Notes: generated from the letters alone by a model not told the origin. A stretch of 64,000 nt of DNA from an uncultured bacterium (GCA_903882905.1 CAIRYW010000019.1:1406-65405); one strand, 5' to 3'; counted from the stretch's first letter, positions 38,003 through 48,609 are shown. Numbers and translations are program-made.

Positions 38003-39256
38003 ATGAAAATTTTAATTGTAGGGAGCGGAGGCAGAGAACACGCACTAGCATGGAAAATCAAACAATCATCAAAGGTTGAAGAACTTTTTATTGCGCCAGG
38101 AAATCCTGGAACTGCAAAATTAGGAACAAATATTTCAATTACAAAAACTGAAGAAATAATTGATTGGCTAAAAGAAAATGAAGTGGATTTGGTTTTGATA
38201 GGGCCTGATAATTATTTGGCTGATGGAATCGTTGATGAAATTCAGAAAATGGAGATTGCGGTTTTCGGCCCAACAAAAGATGCATCAGAAATAGAATGGT
38301 CAAAATCTTTTGCAAAACAGTTTATGCAGGAAGAAGGAATCCCAACTGCTCGATTTAAAGTTTTTAATAGTTTTGAAGAAGCAAATAAATATATTGAGAC
38401 ACAAAACTTTCCGCTAGTTATAAAGGCTAGTGGTCTGGCTTTGGGAAAAGGAGTCATAATTGCCCAAACTTTCGAAGAAGCAAAAAAAACTCTCGAGGAA
38501 ATCATGACCACAAAAATATTTGGTGATGCTGGTGATGAAGTGGTTATTGAAGAATTTTTAGTAGGAAAGGAAATTTCAACGCATGCATTCTGTGATGGAG
38601 AAAATGTTTCAATGTTTCCAGCCTCACAAGACCACAAGACAATTTTTGAAGGCGATAAAGGCCCAAATACAGGCGGTATGGGCACAATTGCGCCAGTGCC
38701 TTGGGTCACAGAAGAACACATGAAAGCTATCGAAAATCAGATTGTTAGACCTACAATTAATGCTCTCAAAAAAAGAGGCAGACCTTTTAAGGGAGTGTTA
38801 TTTCCTGGAATAATGATTACCGAAAGTGGTCCAAAAGTTATTGAATTTAATGCTCGTTTTGGTGATCCTGAAACTGAATCTTATATGAGAATTCTTAAAA
38901 CTGATTTGGTTGATATTCTTTTGACTTGTGTAGATGGAAAATTAAATGAGCAGAAAATTGAATGGGAAAATTTTAGTGCTTGTACTGTAATGTGTGCCTC
39001 AGGTGGATATCCTGGAAGTTATGAAAAGGGAAAGGTGATTGGCGGTTTGGATAATTTAGAAAAAGATGTGGTTGTTTTTCATGCAGGCACAAAAGAAATT
39101 AATGGAGAAATTGTTACAAACGGAGGAAGGGTTTTAGGTATAAGTGCTATTGGAAGTGATTTGAACGAAGCTCTTTCAAAAGCTTATGGCTCGATCGAAA
39201 AAGTTTCCTTTGATGGAATGCAGTTTAGGAAAGACATAGGAGCTAAATCAATTTAA
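38003..39256 (+). CDS. purD: Phosphoribosylamine--glycine ligase
   Basis: MKILIVGSGGREHALAWK N-terminus, ATP-grasp domain. Confidence 0.9.
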   Translation: MKILIVGSGGREHALAWKIKQSSKVEELFIAPGNPGTAKLGTNISITKTEEIIDWLKENEVDLVLIGPDNYLADGIVDEIQKMEIAVFGPTKDASEIEWSKSFAKQFMQEEGIPTARFKVFNSFEEANKYIETQNFPLVIKASGLALGKGVIIAQTFEEAKKTLEEIMTTKIFGDAGDEVVIEEFLVGKEISTHAFCDGENVSMFPASQDHKTIFEGDKGPNTGGMGTIAPVPWVTEEHMKAIENQIVRPTINALKKRGRPFKGVLFPGIMITESGPKVIEFNARFGDPETESYMRILKTDLVDILLTCVDGKLNEQKIEWENFSACTVMCASGGYPGSYEKGKVIGGLDNLEKDVVVFHAGTKEINGEIVTNGGRVLGISAIGSDLNEALSKAYGSIEKVSFDGMQFRKDIGAKSI

Positions 39257-39259
39257 AAT

Positions 39260-40069
39260 ATGAAATTAATTTCTCTAAATATTGAGCTCAATAAGCACAG
39301 AGAAGTTGTTTTAAATTTCTTTAAAAAAGAAAATCCAGATGTTATTTGCGTCCAAGAACTTTTAGAAGAAGATTTTTTAAGATTTAAAAAAGAATTAGGG
39401 ATGGAAGGAGTACTTGGAATGTGGGATTACATAACCGATCTTCATCGTCCAGAATGCAGAGGTAAAAGGCACGGAGTTGCAATTTTTTCAAAAAATATTC
39501 TAAGTTCGGGTTCTAATTTTTATATGGGTAAAGAGGAGGATATTTTAAAACCTTTTGAGGAATATTTACTTGATAATAAAAGACAAGCTAATAGTGTTTT
39601 GCTTTGGATTGAAACAAAAAACAACAAAGGAGAGAAATTTAAATTTGCGACAACCCATTTACCTGTAACAAAAGAAGGGGAGGTAACAGATTATCAGCTT
39701 CAGATTGTCAGTTCTCTTTTGAAAGAACTTAAGAAAATTCCAGAATTTATTGTGTGTGGTGATACAAATGCCCCAAGAGGAAGAGAAGCCTTTGATCGGA
39801 TTGCTCGAATATACAAAGATAATATTCCTCTAGAATATAAAACAAGTCTTGATCAGAATCTCCATAGAGTCAAAGGTCTTATTCATATGGTTGATGCACT
39901 TTTTACGACATCAGGTTACAAAGCTTCAAATGTAAAATTAGTTGACGGAGTTAGTGACCATATGGCAATCGTTGCGGATATAGAAAAGGCCAAAAAAATA
40001 TCAAACAAGTTACTTGGCTTTCCGGTAAAGGTAGTAAAAAGACTTTCTATTCTCTCTAAAATGAAGTAG
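39260..40069 (+). CDS. Endonuclease/exonuclease/phosphatase (EEP) family protein
   Basis: VICVQEL, CGDTN, SDHMAIVAD motifs. Confidence 0.7.
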   Translation: MKLISLNIELNKHREVVLNFFKKENPDVICVQELLEEDFLRFKKELGMEGVLGMWDYITDLHRPECRGKRHGVAIFSKNILSSGSNFYMGKEEDILKPFEEYLLDNKRQANSVLLWIETKNNKGEKFKFATTHLPVTKEGEVTDYQLQIVSSLLKELKKIPEFIVCGDTNAPRGREAFDRIARIYKDNIPLEYKTSLDQNLHRVKGLIHMVDALFTTSGYKASNVKLVDGVSDHMAIVADIEKAKKISNKLLGFPVKVVKRLSILSKMK

Positions 40070-40078
40070 TCTTGTTGG

Positions 40079-41578
40079 ATGGCAAAAGATGAAGTCATTC
40101 TACGCTTTGAAAAACTCAGTTTTGAGTATGGTCATACCAAACCTATTTTAGATGAGGTTGATTGTTCAATTCGGAGAGGAACAAAAACCACAATCATGGG
40201 ACAAAACGGTGCTGGAAAAAGCACTATTTTTCAACTTATTACAGGAGGACTCAAACCCGAATCTGGAAGAGTAATTGTTTCAAATGGACCGACTATTGCT
40301 ATTTCTAGACAAGTTATTCCTCGAAACGAATTAGACCTGACAGTAAGAGAATTTTTTCTAAAAGCTTTTGAAGATTCTGTACAAGCAGGACTCAGGAAAG
40401 ATACAGGAAGAATTTATGATATTGATCCAAAAATTGATGATGTACTTGAAGTGGTGAATTTGAAAGGTCACATAAAAATGCACGAAAGGATTGTGAGGAG
40501 TTTTTCTGGCGGGCAGCAGGCGAGATTACTTTTGGCCTCTGCGCTTATTCAAGATCCAGATCTTTTGCTTTTGGATGAACCAACAAATAATCTTGATAAA
40601 GCAGGCATAGAACACCTAACAAAATTTCTTAAGGATTACAAAAAAACAGTAATTGTTATTTCCCATGAGGCAGATTTTCTAAACTCTTTTACTGATGGAG
40701 TTTTATATTTGGATATTTTCACAAAAAAGCTTGAGCAGTATGTCGGAAACTATTTTGATGTGTCAGAGCAAATTTTAGCAAGACTTGAAAAAGAAAATAG
40801 AAAAAATGCTTTGCTTGCAAAAGAAATTCAAGAGAACAAAGACAAGGCAAACTTTTTTGCGATGAAGGGAGGTCAGATGAGAATGGTTGCGAAAAGAATG
40901 CGTGAAAAAGCAGAAGAGCTTGAAGAAGAAAAAGTTGATATTAGAAGAGAAGATAAAACTATTCGTTCTTTTGTCATTCCACACCAGCCGGATTTGATTG
41001 GAGATATCATTAGCCTTACGGGATTTAGTGTTATGAATCCAAAGACCCATAAAATTGTAAAAAGAAAAACAAATATAATTTTGAGAAAAAATCAGCATTT
41101 ACTCTTAAAGGGTCCAAATGGAATCGGAAAGAGTACTTTGCTTGAATCTATTGCAAAGGGGACGGCAGATGGAATTGTTATTCCAAAAGATGTAAAGGTT
41201 GGATATTACAGACAGGATTTTTCCACATTAAATTTTGATGACACAGTTTATGATTGTTTGCTTCAGGTGATGGATAAGCATGTGGAAGAAACTATGCGCG
41301 GGGTGGCCGCAGGATTTTTAATTACTGGAGATATGATTCGTACCAGAATTGGAAATCTATCAGAAGGTCAAAAAGGTTTAGTGGCTTTTGCAAGACTGGT
41401 ACTTGAAAGACCGGGGCTGTTAATTTTGGATGAGCCGACAAACCATATAAATTTTAGGCACATTCCAATTATTGCTGAGGCACTAAATAAATATCAAGGC
41501 GCTATGATTTTGGTTAGTCATGTTCCAGACTTCGTAGAAAAAATTAGAATTGATGATGTCCTCGATTTAGAGCAATAA
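40079..41578 (+). CDS. ABC-F family ATPase (tandem ABC domains, EttA/Uup-like)
   Basis: Two Walker A (GQNGAGKST, GPNGIGKST) and two signature motifs, no TM domain. Confidence 0.85.
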   Translation: MAKDEVILRFEKLSFEYGHTKPILDEVDCSIRRGTKTTIMGQNGAGKSTIFQLITGGLKPESGRVIVSNGPTIAISRQVIPRNELDLTVREFFLKAFEDSVQAGLRKDTGRIYDIDPKIDDVLEVVNLKGHIKMHERIVRSFSGGQQARLLLASALIQDPDLLLLDEPTNNLDKAGIEHLTKFLKDYKKTVIVISHEADFLNSFTDGVLYLDIFTKKLEQYVGNYFDVSEQILARLEKENRKNALLAKEIQENKDKANFFAMKGGQMRMVAKRMREKAEELEEEKVDIRREDKTIRSFVIPHQPDLIGDIISLTGFSVMNPKTHKIVKRKTNIILRKNQHLLLKGPNGIGKSTLLESIAKGTADGIVIPKDVKVGYYRQDFSTLNFDDTVYDCLLQVMDKHVEETMRGVAAGFLITGDMIRTRIGNLSEGQKGLVAFARLVLERPGLLILDEPTNHINFRHIPIIAEALNKYQGAMILVSHVPDFVEKIRIDDVLDLEQ

Positions 41579-41580
41579 AT

Positions 41581-42294
41581 TTAATTCATTCCTAAATCCC
41601 CAAGGAATTTTTTTAATTCCTCACCCTCAATATTTCTGTGAGCTCCTTCGCTAAGTGAGTCCAATTTAATATTCATTATTCTTATGCGCTTCAGGTCGTC
41701 TACTTCTTGAAAGAGGGCAGAGCACATTCTGCGGATTTGGTGTTTTTTTCCTTCAGTTAGAATTACTTTAAATTTTCTTTCATCTAAAATTTGAACTTTG
41801 CAGGGAGCTGTTTTTTCAGCTTCTATCTGAACACCAGCCTCCATCTTTTCTTTAAAATTTGATCTCAGATCATTTTTGGTTGTTACGATGTATTCTTTCT
41901 CGTGGAAATATTTTGGACCAAGTAATCTTTCGGTAATTCTTCCATCATTTGTAAGAATAATTAGGCCATGAGAATCTTTGTCTAGTCTGCCGATAGGGTA
42001 CACATCTTTTAGTGCAAAAACATTCTTGATTTCTTTTTCTCCTTTTTGGGCGCTGTGAGTGACGATTCCTCTAGGTTTATTGTAAGCAATGTACATGTAA
42101 GGCTTTTGTTTGCCTCTAAAACTTACTTTAACTAGGTCGCTTTCACTTACCTTGTCTCCTAAAACCGCTTGTTTGCCATTAATAAATACCTGACCTTTTT
42201 CAATCAGTTCATCAGCCCCTCTTCGGGTCGAATGACCTTTTAAGGCTAAATATTTGTTGATTCTCATTGGGTAAAGTGGTTTTTGGATTTCCAT
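41581..42294 (-). CDS. rRNA pseudouridine synthase (RsuA/RluB family, S4 domain)
   Basis: S4 RNA-binding N-terminus, PIGRLDKDSHGLIILTNDG catalytic Asp motif. Confidence 0.8.
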   Translation of the reverse strand: MEIQKPLYPMRINKYLALKGHSTRRGADELIEKGQVFINGKQAVLGDKVSESDLVKVSFRGKQKPYMYIAYNKPRGIVTHSAQKGEKEIKNVFALKDVYPIGRLDKDSHGLIILTNDGRITERLLGPKYFHEKEYIVTTKNDLRSNFKEKMEAGVQIEAEKTAPCKVQILDERKFKVILTEGKKHQIRRMCSALFQEVDDLKRIRIMNIKLDSLSEGAHRNIEGEELKKFLGDLGMN

Positions 42295-42330
42295 AATTGG
42301 CAGTATAGCATTTCGCGATAGAATATCAGT

Positions 42331-42576
42331 ATGGCTTATTACGTTTATATTCTTGAATGCAAAGATAAAACTTTATATACAGGTTCAACTAATGATCTTC
42401 AAAAAAGAGTTTTTACCCATAATAATTCGAAAACAGGTGCAAAATATACAAAAGCACGCAGGCCAGTCGTATTAAAATATTCTGAAAAATTTAGAACGAA
42501 AAGTAAGGCTATGAAAAGGGAGTGCACAATAAAAAATTTAACAAGAAAAGAAAAATTGAAGCTAATTAAGTTATAA
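42331..42576 (+). CDS. GIY-YIG nuclease domain protein (second copy, 81 aa)
   Basis: YYVYILECKDKTLYTGSTNDLQKRVFTHN; no flanking CCCAGCAC repeats. Confidence 0.8.
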   Translation: MAYYVYILECKDKTLYTGSTNDLQKRVFTHNNSKTGAKYTKARRPVVLKYSEKFRTKSKAMKRECTIKNLTRKEKLKLIKL

Positions 42577-42583
42577 TTAAAAA

Positions 42584-43672
42584 ATGGTTGTAAGCAAACT
42601 CAAAAATTTTTACCACAGGTATGAGAGGCATATTGGTACTCTGACTATAGTTATTGGTTTTGTTTTTGATAATCTCACTCTTCGAAATGCTTCAATTAAT
42701 ACTCAGACACAAGTTTTTCTTCTTTACCTAGTCCTTTCGGCAGTCTCAATACTTTTTCTTCATTTTCTTGAAAGTAAAGATGGAAGAAAAGAAAAATCAG
42801 AGACATTATATTTTTGGGTTTTTCTTTTGATGCAATTTTCGATTGGGGCACTTTTCAGTATGTTTTTTGTTTTTTACTCTCGTGGGTTTGCTCTTTCGGC
42901 ATCATGGCCATTTCTTTTACTTCTTTTTGCGAACTTAGTTGGAAATGAACTTTTTAAAAAATATTACACAAGACTTAGTTTGCAGGTGTCACTTTTTTTC
43001 CTCGGAATTTTTTCTTTCTTTATCTATTACATACCAGTGATTCTCCATGAGATGAGTGATAAAGTCTTTATCTATAGTGGACTTGCTAGCTTGCTGTCGT
43101 GGTTTATTTTTATGAGACTGCTTGATTTGGTTTCTTTTAAAAAAACAAACAAATCCAGAATAAGAATTATAATTGGAGTTTTATCTGTTTATGTTTTGAT
43201 AAATATTTTTTATTTTACGAATCTTATTCCTCCTGTGCCTCTTGTGATGAAAGATGGAGGTGTTTATCACAATTTTTCTATAAATGATCAAGGTGATTAT
43301 ATTGTTTATCATGAGCCAACAACCCTTTGGGAAAATTTATTGAATGAGTATCCTGTTTACCACAGAGTTTTCGGTGAAAGTGTTTATGTAGTTACTTCTG
43401 TTTATGCACCTTCTGAATTAGGCACTCAAATAATTCATGATTGGCAATATTACGATACAGCTTCAAAAAAATGGATTAGTGCTAGCAAAATAGTTGTACC
43501 TATTGTTGGTGGTAGGGAAGGAGGATATAGATTTTATTCGTTGAAACAAAATTTAACCGCAGGAAATTGGAGAGTAGATGTTGAAACGCTTCGAGGGCAA
43601 AATATTTCAAGAATAAAGTTTGAGATTGTTGATGCAACCTCTACTCCAAATCTCGAGCAGGTTACGTATTAA
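42584..43672 (+). CDS. Polytopic membrane protein with C-terminal extracytoplasmic domain, hypothetical
   Basis: ~7 TM helices then a ~150-aa soluble domain. Confidence 0.5.
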   Translation: MVVSKLKNFYHRYERHIGTLTIVIGFVFDNLTLRNASINTQTQVFLLYLVLSAVSILFLHFLESKDGRKEKSETLYFWVFLLMQFSIGALFSMFFVFYSRGFALSASWPFLLLLFANLVGNELFKKYYTRLSLQVSLFFLGIFSFFIYYIPVILHEMSDKVFIYSGLASLLSWFIFMRLLDLVSFKKTNKSRIRIIIGVLSVYVLINIFYFTNLIPPVPLVMKDGGVYHNFSINDQGDYIVYHEPTTLWENLLNEYPVYHRVFGESVYVVTSVYAPSELGTQIIHDWQYYDTASKKWISASKIVVPIVGGREGGYRFYSLKQNLTAGNWRVDVETLRGQNISRIKFEIVDATSTPNLEQVTY

Positions 43673-43756
43673 CCACATACCTGTGGATAAAGTTGGGTAG
43701 GTCGGTCCTACGGTAAAAAAAAGAATACAGAACATGGTTGTTGTGTATTCTTGGGT

Positions 43757-43999
43757 TCAAATAGACTCGCTCTGAGGGTCTTCTGAAGACGTCTCTTTGA
43801 TGTCGATGATTTCATCTGGATCGATCTTGTCGATCTCGGCACGCTCTACATCGGACAATTCGGCGACGATAAGTAGTTCGCCTTTGTCATTTGTGCTCGG
43901 TTTTACATCCCTTTCAATAAGGAACTTGATGACTTTTCCATAATCACGACACGAACAAGGACGGATTGTGTAGGGTTTCTTCGTATCTTGCTTATTCAT
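43757..43999 (-). CDS. Hypothetical small acidic protein on a compositionally atypical (GC-richer) segment
   Basis: 80-aa ORF; local GC clearly above the window average. Confidence 0.35.
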   Translation of the reverse strand: MNKQDTKKPYTIRPCSCRDYGKVIKFLIERDVKPSTNDKGELLIVAELSDVERAEIDKIDPDEIIDIKETSSEDPQSESI

Positions 44000-44061
44000 A
44001 AAATCTCAATTTAGGTTGGCTCCTGTGAGCGGGTGGACTTTTCAACGAAATAGTACTCCCA

Positions 44062-45324
44062 TTACACGTTCTTTTCAATGCAGTGGGTACCTGCAACAAA
44101 ACCTGTTGTCCAGCAAAGTTGTAAACTATAACCACCAGAAGGGCGGTCAATGTTTAAAATATCGCCGACTAAATAAAGGTTAGAAAATTTTCTCGAGCGC
44201 ATGGTTTTAAAATCCACTTCAGAAAGATCAACTCCGCCGCTTGAGATAATGGCTTTGTCTACTCCTAAAAGCTTATCTATATGAATTGGAATATCTTTTA
44301 ACAATTTTATAAAATTTAATCTTTCTTCTCTGGTAACGCTGTTTGATTTTTTTTCGGGATCAATTTTTGAAAGTTCTAACACGACAGGAACTATTGCGGA
44401 GGGAATAAGTTCACTCAAAGAATTTTTAAATTTCGTATTACTTTTTTCTGAGAAAACTTCTTGGAGCTTTGTGTTAAGTTGACTGTAATCAAATGTTGGT
44501 AATAAATCTAATGAAACTGTTACTTCGCCATATTTCAAAAGTTCCCCAATATCTTTACTCATATTTAAAATTGTTGGTCCGCTTACTCCAACGTGTGTAA
44601 AAAGAATCTTTCCTTTTTTTATTTGTCTTTTTTCTCCATTCTGAATTACTGTTAATTTGATATCTGATAAGCTCACTCCTGCGAGTCTATGAGTCCAAAC
44701 ATCTTTTGTTGCAAGTGGAACAAGTGATGGTGTCGGTTCTGTTACAGTATGTCCAATATCTTTTAGCCATTTAAATCCATCACCAGTTGAACCTGTTTCT
44801 GGGTGTGATGTTCCCCCTGTGGCCATGACAACTGATTTGGCTAAAATTATTTTTTTATTTTTTAATTTAACACCAGTAACTTTTTTCTTATCATCAGATA
44901 AAATAATTTCAGTGACAGGTGAATTTGCTAGGATTGTGACACTTTTTTCTCTAATATATTTTTCTAAAACATTTAAAACAGACTGTGACATATTACTTGT
45001 AGGGAAGACTCGGAGTCCTGGTTCTACTTTTGTTTCCATCCCTTTTGAATTAAAAAAATCTAATGTTTCTTTTACTCCATATTGGGAAAAAGCTGAAAAT
45101 AAAAATTTTCCATCATCTTTAAATTTTTCTAAAAGTTTTCGTGTATCAAATTCGGCATTAGTTACATTACATCTTCCTCCGCCGGTGATTAAAAGTTTCT
45201 TACCTAGTGTTTCATTTTTTTCAATCAAAATAACCTCACCGCCTAGTCCTGCAGCCCTGCCGGCAGCCATCATTCCAGCTGGTCCGCCTCCAACCACCAA
45301 TACATCAAAGATTTTTTCTTCCAT
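44062..45324 (-). CDS. HI0933-family NAD(P)/FAD-dependent oxidoreductase (BaiN/aminoacetone oxidase-like)
   Basis: N-terminal DVLVVGGGPAGMMAAGRAA dinucleotide-binding motif, GGGRCNVTN. Confidence 0.8.
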   Translation of the reverse strand: MEEKIFDVLVVGGGPAGMMAAGRAAGLGGEVILIEKNETLGKKLLITGGGRCNVTNAEFDTRKLLEKFKDDGKFLFSAFSQYGVKETLDFFNSKGMETKVEPGLRVFPTSNMSQSVLNVLEKYIREKSVTILANSPVTEIILSDDKKKVTGVKLKNKKIILAKSVVMATGGTSHPETGSTGDGFKWLKDIGHTVTEPTPSLVPLATKDVWTHRLAGVSLSDIKLTVIQNGEKRQIKKGKILFTHVGVSGPTILNMSKDIGELLKYGEVTVSLDLLPTFDYSQLNTKLQEVFSEKSNTKFKNSLSELIPSAIVPVVLELSKIDPEKKSNSVTREERLNFIKLLKDIPIHIDKLLGVDKAIISSGGVDLSEVDFKTMRSRKFSNLYLVGDILNIDRPSGGYSLQLCWTTGFVAGTHCIEKNV

Positions 45325-45444
45325 TAGCCAATATTATCATAAGATGCCTAGTTTCTAGGTAATTTGAGTTGGCTCGGGACGGCATCATAAAGTAAGACAA
45401 GTAAGATATAAAACCAAAATTATTACTAGAACGTAATATAGCAA

Positions 45445-46245
45445 GTGATAAATATGCCAGCTTTAGTTAAAAAAATATTTAATAATGTTTTACTTGAACC
45501 TATTCTTTTAGGTGTTCTTTTGTTTGCGATTGTCTCGTCTGTTTTGTTTTCATCTATGAATAACAAAAGTTTTTCTAATCAAAATATTGTTCCATCAACA
45601 ACTTCCAAACTAAGTAATAATGCCGGAGTGTTAGTTGTTCCAAAAGTAAATACAACAACGATTCAGACAAAAGTTTTGTTGATAGTTCCATATACTGATG
45701 AAGTGCCCACAAATACTTGGACTGGACCATGGAAAAACGCCTGTGAGGAAGCTTCAATCACGATGGTAGAAAAATTCTACAAAGGACAAAAAACGATAAT
45801 TAAATCTGAAGCAGCGACATTTATGCAAATGCTGTTTGATGCAGAAAATAAACTTTATGGATCAAATGCAAATTCTGATGCTCCTAGAAGTAATTATTTA
45901 GTAAATAATTACACTTCTTTTCTTGGAGTAATCAAAACAAACCCAACTCTTGAAGATATTAAAGCTGAGCTTAGAGCAGGTCATCCTGTCATTGCTTTTC
46001 ATAACGGCTTTGATCTTAGTAATAAAGATATTCCTTTTTTGCCAACAGGTTCTGCTTACCATTCAACTGTAATTGTTGGTTACGATGACAACCAGAAAGC
46101 ATTTATTGTTAATGATCCGGGAGATACAACTTTAGGGAAAGATCATGTTTATGGTTACGACTTATACATGAACTCTCTTCATGACTATAACTACACAGAT
46201 AAAAAAGCGGATGGTCCTGCAAGAGTAATTTTTACCTCCAAGTAA
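45445..46245 (+). CDS. Membrane-anchored papain-like (C39-like) cysteine peptidase candidate
   Basis: N-terminal TM; Cys in WKNACEEAS and His in YHSTVIVGYDD form a plausible catalytic dyad. Confidence 0.5.
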   Translation: MINMPALVKKIFNNVLLEPILLGVLLFAIVSSVLFSSMNNKSFSNQNIVPSTTSKLSNNAGVLVVPKVNTTTIQTKVLLIVPYTDEVPTNTWTGPWKNACEEASITMVEKFYKGQKTIIKSEAATFMQMLFDAENKLYGSNANSDAPRSNYLVNNYTSFLGVIKTNPTLEDIKAELRAGHPVIAFHNGFDLSNKDIPFLPTGSAYHSTVIVGYDDNQKAFIVNDPGDTTLGKDHVYGYDLYMNSLHDYNYTDKKADGPARVIFTSK

Positions 46246-46301
46246 TTATTTCTATCATTATTCGTCTTAGGTATATATAATTATCAATTAAAATTAAATT
46301 T

Positions 46302-46454
46302 ATGCTCACAACAATTGCAATCGTACTTGTGCTTCTATGGGTTCTCGGTGTTATTGGAGTCTATTCAATAGGGTGGTTTATTCACATTCTTTTGGTAATC
46401 GCAGTTATCTTAATTCTTATTAGAGTAATTCGCGGAGAAAATCCTTTTAAGTAG
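46302..46454 (+). CDS. Lmo0937-family small membrane protein (50 aa)
   Basis: MLTTIAIVLVLLWVLGVIGVYSIGWFIHILLVIAVILILIRVIRG; below the ORF-track size cutoff. Confidence 0.6.
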   Translation: MLTTIAIVLVLLWVLGVIGVYSIGWFIHILLVIAVILILIRVIRGENPFK

Positions 46455-46460
46455 ATAAGA

Positions 46461-46499
46461 AAGAGCGAACTTGGAGTTATTTACCAAGTTCGCTTTTCC
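46461..46499 (+). terminator. Rho-independent terminator
   Basis: agcgaacttgg..ccaagttcgct stem + TTTT. Confidence 0.65.
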
Positions 46500-46676
46500 T
46501 TGACTAAACTCTATTTTTGATATATTATACAAAAGTAAGTTAATCTCATTGGTTTTGTTCGGGTATTTCCGAATTCAAGGACTAAAAATCTTTAAAAACT
46601 GGCGAGAACACTAATCGCCTTACACTCAATTAAAGATTAGATAAGACGCGGTAAAACCGTGTTGTAAAAGAAATAT

Positions 46677-47936
46677 ATGTTTAATAAAAGTAGCGGAAGT
46701 CATTCCGCAAGCAGAGGATCTTTTAGAGGTCCTGCAAGAAGTAGTTCATCAAGAGGTCCTTCAAGAGGAGGGCGTTCTTTTGGTGGTGGTAGCCGAGGTG
46801 GAGGAGGTGGTCGTGGAAGAAGTTTTAAGAGATCAATTGATCCTTCTAAATTTATAAACAAAGCTGTCATTACAGAAGAGGTAGTGCATTTTGTGCCAGA
46901 GCACAATTTCATCGATTTTGATATTGATCCTCGTCTTAAAGATAATATTGTAAAGAAGGGATATAAAACTCCAACACCTATTCAAGATAGAGCTATTCCT
47001 TATGTACTCAAGGGAGTGGATGTTGTGGGTATTGCAAATACAGGGACAGGAAAAACCGCTGCCTTTTTAATTCCATTAATTAATAAAGTTTTAAAAGATC
47101 CAAAAGAAAGAATTCTTGTTGCAGTTCCAACTCGCGAACTTGCTCAACAAATTGAAATGGAGCTTCTGGGATTTGCAAAATATCTTCCGATATTTTCAGT
47201 CTGTGCAGTGGGTGGAGCCCCGATCGCTAAGCAGATGGCTGGACTTCGCAGACAACATAGTTTTGTAATTGGAACACCAGGAAGAATTAAAGATCTTATT
47301 GAAAAAAGATGTTTGGATCTCTCAATGTTTAAAACTGCAGTGCTTGATGAAGCAGACAGAATGCTTGATATGGGATTCGTAAATGATATGAGATTTTTTA
47401 TGGCGAAGATGCCAAAAGATCGTCATACACTTTTCTTTTCAGCAACAATGTCTCGTGAAGTTGAAACTTTGATCAAAGAATTTTTGAAGGAACCAGTTTC
47501 TATTTCTGTTAAGACAGGAGATACAGCAAAAGGAGTTGAACAAGATGTTATTAAAGTTGAAAAAGGAAAAAATAAAGTCGATGTGTTACAACAACTTCTT
47601 TCTTCTGAAGGATTTAGCAAAGTGTTAATTTTTGGAGAAACAAAACACGGTGTTGAGAGACTAAGTAAAGATTTGATTGCGAGAGGTTTTAAAGCAGAGT
47701 CTATTCATGGAAATAAAAATCAATCAAAGAGACAAAGAGCTTTAGGACTTTTCAAAGATAACCATATCCAAGTGCTAGTTGCGACTGATGTTGCGGCTCG
47801 TGGAATTGATGTAAATGACATAAGTCATGTTATCAACTACGATATTCCTGCAACTTACGACGATTATATTCACCGTATCGGAAGAACAGGCAGAGCTGGT
47901 AAAAAAGGAAAGGCTTTGACTTTCATCAACGGATAA
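46677..47936 (+). CDS. DEAD-box ATP-dependent RNA helicase with N-terminal Arg/Gly-rich region
   Basis: Q motif, GTGKT, DEAD (VLDEADRML), SAT, HRIGRTGR; ~60-aa RGG-rich N-terminus. Confidence 0.9.
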   Translation: MFNKSSGSHSASRGSFRGPARSSSSRGPSRGGRSFGGGSRGGGGGRGRSFKRSIDPSKFINKAVITEEVVHFVPEHNFIDFDIDPRLKDNIVKKGYKTPTPIQDRAIPYVLKGVDVVGIANTGTGKTAAFLIPLINKVLKDPKERILVAVPTRELAQQIEMELLGFAKYLPIFSVCAVGGAPIAKQMAGLRRQHSFVIGTPGRIKDLIEKRCLDLSMFKTAVLDEADRMLDMGFVNDMRFFMAKMPKDRHTLFFSATMSREVETLIKEFLKEPVSISVKTGDTAKGVEQDVIKVEKGKNKVDVLQQLLSSEGFSKVLIFGETKHGVERLSKDLIARGFKAESIHGNKNQSKRQRALGLFKDNHIQVLVATDVAARGIDVNDISHVINYDIPATYDDYIHRIGRTGRAGKKGKALTFING

Positions 47937-47979
47937 AAGTCAGTTTGTAGGAAAAAGTTTCAGTGAACAGAAAATCAAC

Positions 47980-48016
47980 AAAGCCCGCAAGACGAAGTCT
48001 TGCGGGCTTTGTTTTG
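47980..48016 (+). terminator. Rho-independent terminator after the helicase
   Basis: aaagcccgcaagacgaagtcttgcgggctttgtttt. Confidence 0.8.
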
Positions 48017-48096
48017 ACTTAGAAATTGAAATCACTATTTATGATACAATTAGTTTGTTAGTAGGAGTTTTAAACTAAAATAATCAAAAAAATATT

Positions 48097-48609
48097 ATGC
48101 CTAAATTTATTGGATATATGCTTATGGGAGTCGCTGGTATTTGGCATGGAATGTTCGGTGCACATGTACCGGTAAATAATAACGCACAGTATGGAGGACA
48201 ATATGGCCAAAATTCAATGCAAAATCGTCCTGTTAATCCAAATGGAACAAGTATTATGGGTACTGTATCAAGTATTAATGGGACAACAATTATTATTCAA
48301 GCTCTTCAGAGACCAGATCCAACTTTAGCAACTACTACTTCTGTTGATTTTACTGTTGATGCATCCAATGCAAGAATCATTAAATCAGGATCAACAACCA
48401 CTGCTACTGTTGCAAATATCGGAGTTGGCGACAGAGTAATCGCACAAGGTACTGTTGATGGAAATTCAATTACTGCAAGACTTATTATTGATACATTACC
48501 TCCAGAGCAGATTCAAAAGCCTGCAACAAAAGCTCCAGCAAAGAATCCAGTAAAAGCTCCAACAAAAGTTACTAAACCATCTTCAACCAAAACTCCTGTC
48601 AAGAAATAG
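48097..48609 (+). CDS. Secreted hypothetical protein with Pro/Thr/Lys-rich C-terminal tail
   Basis: Signal/TM at the N-terminus, low-complexity PAKNPVKAPTKVTKP tail. Confidence 0.5.
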   Translation: MPKFIGYMLMGVAGIWHGMFGAHVPVNNNAQYGGQYGQNSMQNRPVNPNGTSIMGTVSSINGTTIIIQALQRPDPTLATTTSVDFTVDASNARIIKSGSTTTATVANIGVGDRVIAQGTVDGNSITARLIIDTLPPEQIQKPATKAPAKNPVKAPTKVTKPSSTKTPVKK

